Shown here one piece after another: positions 59,436 through 64,000 of a stretch of 64,000 nucleotides of DNA. Each line of letters begins with the position of its first letter. Within the stretch, counting starts at the first letter, position 1. Origin of the DNA: Ostreococcus lucimarinus (taxonomy: Eukaryota); NCBI GenBank assembly GCA_000092065.1, contig CP000581.1; one strand, given 5' to 3'. The position numbers and the translations under genes were made by a program. Under the pieces are notes generated by a model. The model was not told the DNA's origin. It worked only from the letters and a program-made list of their open reading frames with translations, and did no database searches.

Positions 59436-60116
59436 CTAAATCTTCTCGATCGCCCTAATCTTAAAGCCCAACGCTATCCACTCCATCTCCAAGTCCCGAA
59501 CCGTGCTCGGCATGTCCGCGTACTCCGGTTCGCGCGCGAACCGAATCAAAAAGTTCGTCCGCCACTCCGACAGGCGTCTCGCCAGCGTCACGTGCCGCAG
59601 CACGTGTTCTCCCAGAAAATTTTCGTACGACTCCCCGCCCGGCTCGAAATCGCTCGTCGCCATGTTCGCCTCCTTCAACCGTTTCGACACCGCCTTCATC
59701 GCCCGCACCTTTTCCTCGAACGCCTCATCTCGCGTCGACTCACCCGGCTGTCGATGCAGCGCCAACCACGCGCCTCGATACTCGTACTCGTCCGCCGTCT
59801 CCGCGTACCGCCACGTCTCCCCTCCCTCGCTCGTCGCCGTCTCCCCGCCCCTCGCCGCGCGCTCGCCCCAGTCCGCCTCGTTCCTCTCGCGCTTCATCCG
59901 CTCCGCCCGTTCGACCGCGTTCGCCGTCCAATCGAACCCGTTTCGCTCGCGAAACGTCGTTCGACGTCGTCCGTCCCGGACGCGCGTCGCGCGTCGTCGC
60001 CGTCCGTCGTCGTCGTCGTCGCGCGCCGTCGCGCGCCGAGCGACGCGCGATCGCGACGCGCTCGAGCGCGTCGCGCGCGCGCGCGCCGTCGCGACGCGCG
60101 CGCCGAGCGACGCCAT
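59436..60116 (-). CDS. hypothetical protein with Arg-rich presequence (possible organellar protein)
   Basis: 226-aa ORF from a true ATG at 60116. It has an Arg/Ala-rich N-terminus, then an acidic/aromatic globular part (EYEYRGAWLALHRQPGES ... WRTNFLIRFAREPEYADMPSTVRDLEMEWIALGFKIRAIEKI). No family is recognised, and a TGTAA on its strand lies downstream of the stop. Confidence 0.4.
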   Translation of the reverse strand: MASLGARVATARARATRSSASRSRVARRATARDDDDDGRRRRATRVRDGRRRTTFRERNGFDWTANAVERAERMKRERNEADWGERAARGGETATSEGGETWRYAETADEYEYRGAWLALHRQPGESTRDEAFEEKVRAMKAVSKRLKEANMATSDFEPGGESYENFLGEHVLRHVTLARRLSEWRTNFLIRFAREPEYADMPSTVRDLEMEWIALGFKIRAIEKI

Positions 60117-60464
60117 GTGACGACCGCGCGACGTCCGACGACGCCGCGATGGCGCCGCGCGCGGGTGTGGCGTCGACGACGCCGCGCGACCCGCGACGCG
60201 CGCGACACAGCGCGACGCCGCGACGACGCGCGAGCGCGCGCGAGACGCGAGACGAACGCGCGAGCGCGCGACGCGTCGAACCGACGACGCGCGAAAGCGA
60301 CGAAAGGCGGCGGGAACGCGTCGAACGGGACCCGTCGCGCGCGGTGATTTTTGAAATTTTGAATTCGCGGCTGTCGAGCGCGTCGATCGCGAGGACGACG
60401 ACGGGAGACGCGGAGAAGACGACGCGGAAGCGACGAACGCGGATAGGCGGGAAGGACGGACGCG

Positions 60465-63400
60465 ATGCCGGCGCGGTCGAGGAAGAGCGAGGCGACGGCG
60501 ACGCGAGGAGGGAACGAAAACGCGGACGAGAGCGGGGCGCCGGCGAAGAAAAAGTCGAGGAGCGGCGCGCGTAAGAAGAAACCGACGACGGGTGGGGAGG
60601 CGTTGAAAAATAGAAACGAGAACGCGTCGGTGCAGAACGCGTCGGTGAGCGGAGATGGGGACGAAGACGCGGACGAGGGCTCGGGGGACTTGTTTGATCT
60701 GTTGCGCGTGGAAAACGCGGCGACGATTTTACACGCGAGTGATTGGCGAGCGCGGTACAACGCGAGCGAGATCTCGGCGGTGGCGGAGATTTATTCGTTA
60801 TTGTCGAAAGCGGCCGGTTGCTCGTCTGGGGTGACTGCGATTGAGTTGCAGAGAAGCGACTGCTTGATGATTATGAATCGCGTCGTCGAAGACATGGCGG
60901 CGGGGAATTTGTACGGCGACGATCCTTTGGCAAAACGTTCGCGAGATTTCAAGGGATTCCGTGAGAACTTCTTGGACTTTATCGATAAGTGCATTCGCGA
61001 CGCGAGCGAAGGCGGGGAGCTGTACGATGGTACGCTCTTCGCGACGCTGGCGGAGATCGTGAGCACGTGCGCCGGGAGCAAGGCGCGTCCGTTGCGCATG
61101 GCTGCCACGATGATGGGTTTACAGATGATTTCCAGTTTGATTACGGTGGTGAATAACTTGCAGAAGGCTCGCGATTTGAAACAAAACCAGGTGGACATCG
61201 AATTGAAGAAGAAAAAGTCTGGCGGCGAAGTGGTCAAGAGTTTGAAGCGCCAAATCGAAAGCGCGCAGGAACACATCGAGTTGGTGGAAGGTTACATGAA
61301 CGACATCTTCACTCACGTTTTCACGCATCGCTTCCGTGATTGCGACGAAAACATTCGCGCCGCGTGCATGACCGCGCTTGGGAAGTGGATGATGAAGCAT
61401 CAGCTCGTGTTCCTCACCGACTTTTACTTGAAATATCTCGGTTGGAGCTTGAACGATAAGAGCGCCGCTGTTCGACTCGAAGTTTTGCTCGCGCTGAAGA
61501 CTTTGGCGTCCAGCCAGTCTCACTTAGCTATGATGGATACGTTTATTGCTCGATTCCGTGGTCGCATGGCGGAAATGTTGCGCGACGTCGACGCCCACGT
61601 CGTCGTGGAGGCGGTGCGACTCGCCGCGGTTTTGCACGAGCACACCGAATTGGATCCTGAGCACATGAACTTTGTCACCGCGCTCATCATGGACAAGACT
61701 CCATCGATCCGTACCGCCGCGGCGAAAGCGACGAAGACACTGATGCACACGCTTACCGAGACGTACCGCAAGGCGCGAGGGATTTCCTATGATGATTCGA
61801 CAAACCCGGCGCTCGAGAAGGAACTTCACGGCATCGTGCAGCTCTTGAACGATCTCGGCGATGAAAATGGCGGGCACGGTAAAGTCATTGAAGGTTTGTC
61901 GGGGGTATATCCCGTCTTGGCACAACCTGGCTTTATCGCGGGCATCTTGAAGCACGACATGGAAATGGCAGACGCGGCCGTGATCGCGAACGTCTTGGTT
62001 CTCACCATGCGCAAGGCGATGGGCGAAGACGTCTCCAACTCGTACACCAAGACGGTGTCTCGACAAAGCGCAAAAATACGAAACGCGATCGAAGCTGCGC
62101 ACGAACAAATGACGAAAGATATCGGTAGCTTGATTCCGCAACTTCTGAGCAAGTATCAAGCCGAAGCTAACGTCATCGGTCCGCTTGTCGAAGTTGTTCG
62201 TTTTGTGAAACTCGAGCACTACTCGTTGCGTCACGAGGAGGATCAATTTACCGCTCTTGCCGAGCAAATAAAAGACATCTTCTTCAAGCACAGCGACAAG
62301 CGTACTTTGGAAGCCTGCGGTGAAGCGTTCAATTACTTCTGCAACGAGGGCTTCGAAGCTACGGCGCCTTTCGCACAACCGGTGCTCGACAGCACGGTGA
62401 ACGACTTGTCGGCTCGCCTATCTCCGGCGTTGAAGAAGGTTCGAGCTTTGATGGCCAAGAGCGATGAAAGCGTGCTGAACGAAAACGAGGGTTACGCGTT
62501 TGAGCTTCGCATGTGCTTGTATCGGGTGCGTGCTTTGATTTCAAAGTGCAATATCTCCAGCGGCGTGCGCGTGATTAACGACTTGTCTCAATACGTCGCC
62601 GACGTCTCGCGCGCCAACGTGCCAGTGGGTAAAGAATCTGTCGCCATGGCGTCCTCGTCTGTTTCTTTCGCTCTCATTTGGCAAGGCCTTGAACTAATGG
62701 ATAGTGATTCGGCGACGAGCGTCGAGGTGAACGAGCACTTGACCGAACGCGACGCCTTCTTGTCCAACGTGATGCACATCTTGCGTCGCGCCGAGGACTC
62801 GATTGCGGATTCGGACGATCTTCGGCGTTCTTTGATTTCCACCGTTTGCGATATGGTGCTGTATTATTACAACGCGAGCACACTGCCCGCGGCGCATCCT
62901 GCGAAAGTGTTGCAGCTGAAGCTCAACTCGGCGGACAGTGAAGCTGTGTGGCAGCAGTGCACCGCGTTGATCACGCCGGATGACGTCAAGCAAGACGCCG
63001 ACTTGGACTCGGCACGCCTCGCGTACCGCATGGCAGTGCACGAACAGCGTATCGCCTCCAACGGTGCGATCGGTGCAGACTTTTTGTCCAACTTCAAACT
63101 TACCGGCCCCTGGATCGATGCCGCCATCCGCACGTACTGCAGTGATTTACGCCGAACCGGTCCACAAGTGCTCGTGCGCGCTGTCTTGACAGCGTTGCAC
63201 AGCGCGTATGCAGAAGTCTTACAGACGGATCTCGGAAACCGACAAGTGCTCATCGAGGCGTTCACCGATCTCGCGACCCGATTGAGTGATATCTTTATGC
63301 TATCATCCAAACGCGATCGCTTGGTCATGCGCATCATGTTCGACGAGTCGCTCAAGTCTGTCCTTCTCCCCGAACCGTCGTACGACCGATTTTCCTTCTT

Positions 63401-63794
63401 GGCGTACGGACTGGGTCCCTTCCTCTCAAGACTGTCCGCCGTCGACGCCAAGGCTTTGACGACGTTCGTCGACGATGCGCTCGCCAAAGTCGATAGTGAG
63501 GACACGAGATGTACGCCATTGATTGATTTCGCCGATCAGCTCAACAAGCGTTCCAAGGGCGCGTCGGAGCGCCGCGCGCGTTGGGCGAGAAAACGCTCCG
63601 CGGAACAACAAGATGTAGACGTCAAGAAGTCCAAGGCCGACGACGGAGACGAGGACGAAGGCGATGATGATGCCATGGAGCAAGACGACACCATCGAAAC
63701 CGCCAACGATGACGCCGAAACCACCGCGGATGATCACACTTTGGACGACGGTCCGGTGGAGACCGCCGAGCGCAGTCGCTCGCGCCGCAAGTGA
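60465..63794 (+). CDS. SCC3: cohesin subunit SCC3/SA (STAG)
   Basis: The stromalin conserved domain FRDCDENIRAACMTALGKWMMKHQLVFLTDFYLKYLGWSLNDKSAAVRLEVLLALKTL sits in a HEAT/ARM-like alpha-solenoid of ~1100 aa with an acidic C-terminal tail. ATG at 60465 checked. Confidence 0.85.
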   Translation: MPARSRKSEATATRGGNENADESGAPAKKKSRSGARKKKPTTGGEALKNRNENASVQNASVSGDGDEDADEGSGDLFDLLRVENAATILHASDWRARYNASEISAVAEIYSLLSKAAGCSSGVTAIELQRSDCLMIMNRVVEDMAAGNLYGDDPLAKRSRDFKGFRENFLDFIDKCIRDASEGGELYDGTLFATLAEIVSTCAGSKARPLRMAATMMGLQMISSLITVVNNLQKARDLKQNQVDIELKKKKSGGEVVKSLKRQIESAQEHIELVEGYMNDIFTHVFTHRFRDCDENIRAACMTALGKWMMKHQLVFLTDFYLKYLGWSLNDKSAAVRLEVLLALKTLASSQSHLAMMDTFIARFRGRMAEMLRDVDAHVVVEAVRLAAVLHEHTELDPEHMNFVTALIMDKTPSIRTAAAKATKTLMHTLTETYRKARGISYDDSTNPALEKELHGIVQLLNDLGDENGGHGKVIEGLSGVYPVLAQPGFIAGILKHDMEMADAAVIANVLVLTMRKAMGEDVSNSYTKTVSRQSAKIRNAIEAAHEQMTKDIGSLIPQLLSKYQAEANVIGPLVEVVRFVKLEHYSLRHEEDQFTALAEQIKDIFFKHSDKRTLEACGEAFNYFCNEGFEATAPFAQPVLDSTVNDLSARLSPALKKVRALMAKSDESVLNENEGYAFELRMCLYRVRALISKCNISSGVRVINDLSQYVADVSRANVPVGKESVAMASSSVSFALIWQGLELMDSDSATSVEVNEHLTERDAFLSNVMHILRRAEDSIADSDDLRRSLISTVCDMVLYYYNASTLPAAHPAKVLQLKLNSADSEAVWQQCTALITPDDVKQDADLDSARLAYRMAVHEQRIASNGAIGADFLSNFKLTGPWIDAAIRTYCSDLRRTGPQVLVRAVLTALHSAYAEVLQTDLGNRQVLIEAFTDLATRLSDIFMLSSKRDRLVMRIMFDESLKSVLLPEPSYDRFSFLAYGLGPFLSRLSAVDAKALTTFVDDALAKVDSEDTRCTPLIDFADQLNKRSKGASERRARWARKRSAEQQDVDVKKSKADDGDEDEGDDDAMEQDDTIETANDDAETTADDHTLDDGPVETAERSRSRRK

Positions 63795-64000
63795 GTCGAC
63801 GACGCGAACGCGAACTTAGGACATGTACACGGACAATCACGATGAATGAGATATAACAGCAAATATAGGGAAACATAGATGAAATTTTGTTACACAAAGA
63901 ATACGATTATACGCGTACACTTTTAAGCGATCGGCGCCGGTTGCAACTCGTGCGCAAGTCGTCTACGCGTGGCGACGTCGCCACCCGGCGGAAGTTCGCC

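Noticed and set aside
1-64000. A search for prokaryotic-style systems (operons, CRISPR arrays, toxin-antitoxin or defence islands), rRNA or tRNA genes, and transposons.
   Set aside because: Every recognisable product is eukaryotic, genes alternate strands with their own promoters, and no repeat-spacer arrays or tRNA cloverleaf or T-loop signatures were seen by eye. No transposase, integrase or RT domain was found, so the repeats present are simple microsatellites and coding repeats.

Overview
Organism and density. The window reads as a very gene-dense, GC-rich (about 65%) segment of eukaryotic nuclear DNA. I support about 35 protein-coding genes, roughly one per 1.8 kb, alternating on both strands. 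Almost all are single uninterrupted ORFs. Only one clear GT-AG intron was found by eye. Codon usage is strongly GC3-biased, so long spurious ORFs appear on the antisense strand of nearly every gene. Intergenic spacers are tiny: head-to-head starts are 38-160 bp apart and tail-to-tail stops 40-150 bp apart. The short 3' spacers are the only AT-richer sequence, and several carry the pentamer TGTAA just downstream of stop codons.

Taxonomic inference. Several lines point to a compact green-algal genome, prasinophyte or Mamiellophyceae-like, for example Micromonas or Ostreococcus type. The evidence is the TGTAA signals, plant-type proteins (an AP2/ERF transcription factor, an LSD1-type zinc-finger protein, plant-type LRRs, a carotenoid cleavage dioxygenase), and the GC content and intron poverty. 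This is inference only. It is not a bacterial or viral locus, and I found no rRNA, tRNA or CRISPR features by eye.

Recognisable genes. These are a GTPBP1-type GTPase and a secreted Cys-rich protein with an L-type lectin domain. Then come a carotenoid cleavage dioxygenase, tyrosine aminotransferase, an alpha/beta hydrolase, TK1-type thymidine kinase, a J-domain protein and a YggS/PLPBP protein. The middle of the window holds NBP35, a large AMP-binding/carrier-protein/hexapeptide-repeat membrane protein, a prolyl-4-hydroxylase-like dioxygenase, an AAAP amino acid transporter, a small two-exon membrane protein and a full ABCB (P-glycoprotein type) transporter. Next are a CAF-1 p150-like protein, GRC3/NOL9 kinase, LipB octanoyltransferase, pirin, a lysophospholipid acyltransferase, NADPH-P450 reductase, an AP2/ERF factor and a GPI-anchored esterase-like protein. 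The 3' third carries an LRR protein with CBM1-like modules, a SERCA Ca-ATPase, a TPR protein, a KH+CID protein, a JmjC protein, EXO1, an LSD1-type zinc-finger protein and cohesin SCC3/SA.

Items worth follow-up. These include the NRPS-like A-T didomain fused to a polytopic hexapeptide-repeat membrane domain and the LRR-CBM1 fusion. They also include the lectin/Cys-repeat giant protein, an esterase homolog with a Ser-to-Glu nucleophile substitution plus a GPI signal, and two unusual insertions in the ABCB transporter. Other candidates are the extremely short bidirectional promoters, an ACGT-core palindromic direct repeat, the TGTAA signals and the single intron.

Coordinates of true starts were inferred from the first plausible ATG inside ORFs that were called with alternative start codons. 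They may be off by a codon or two.
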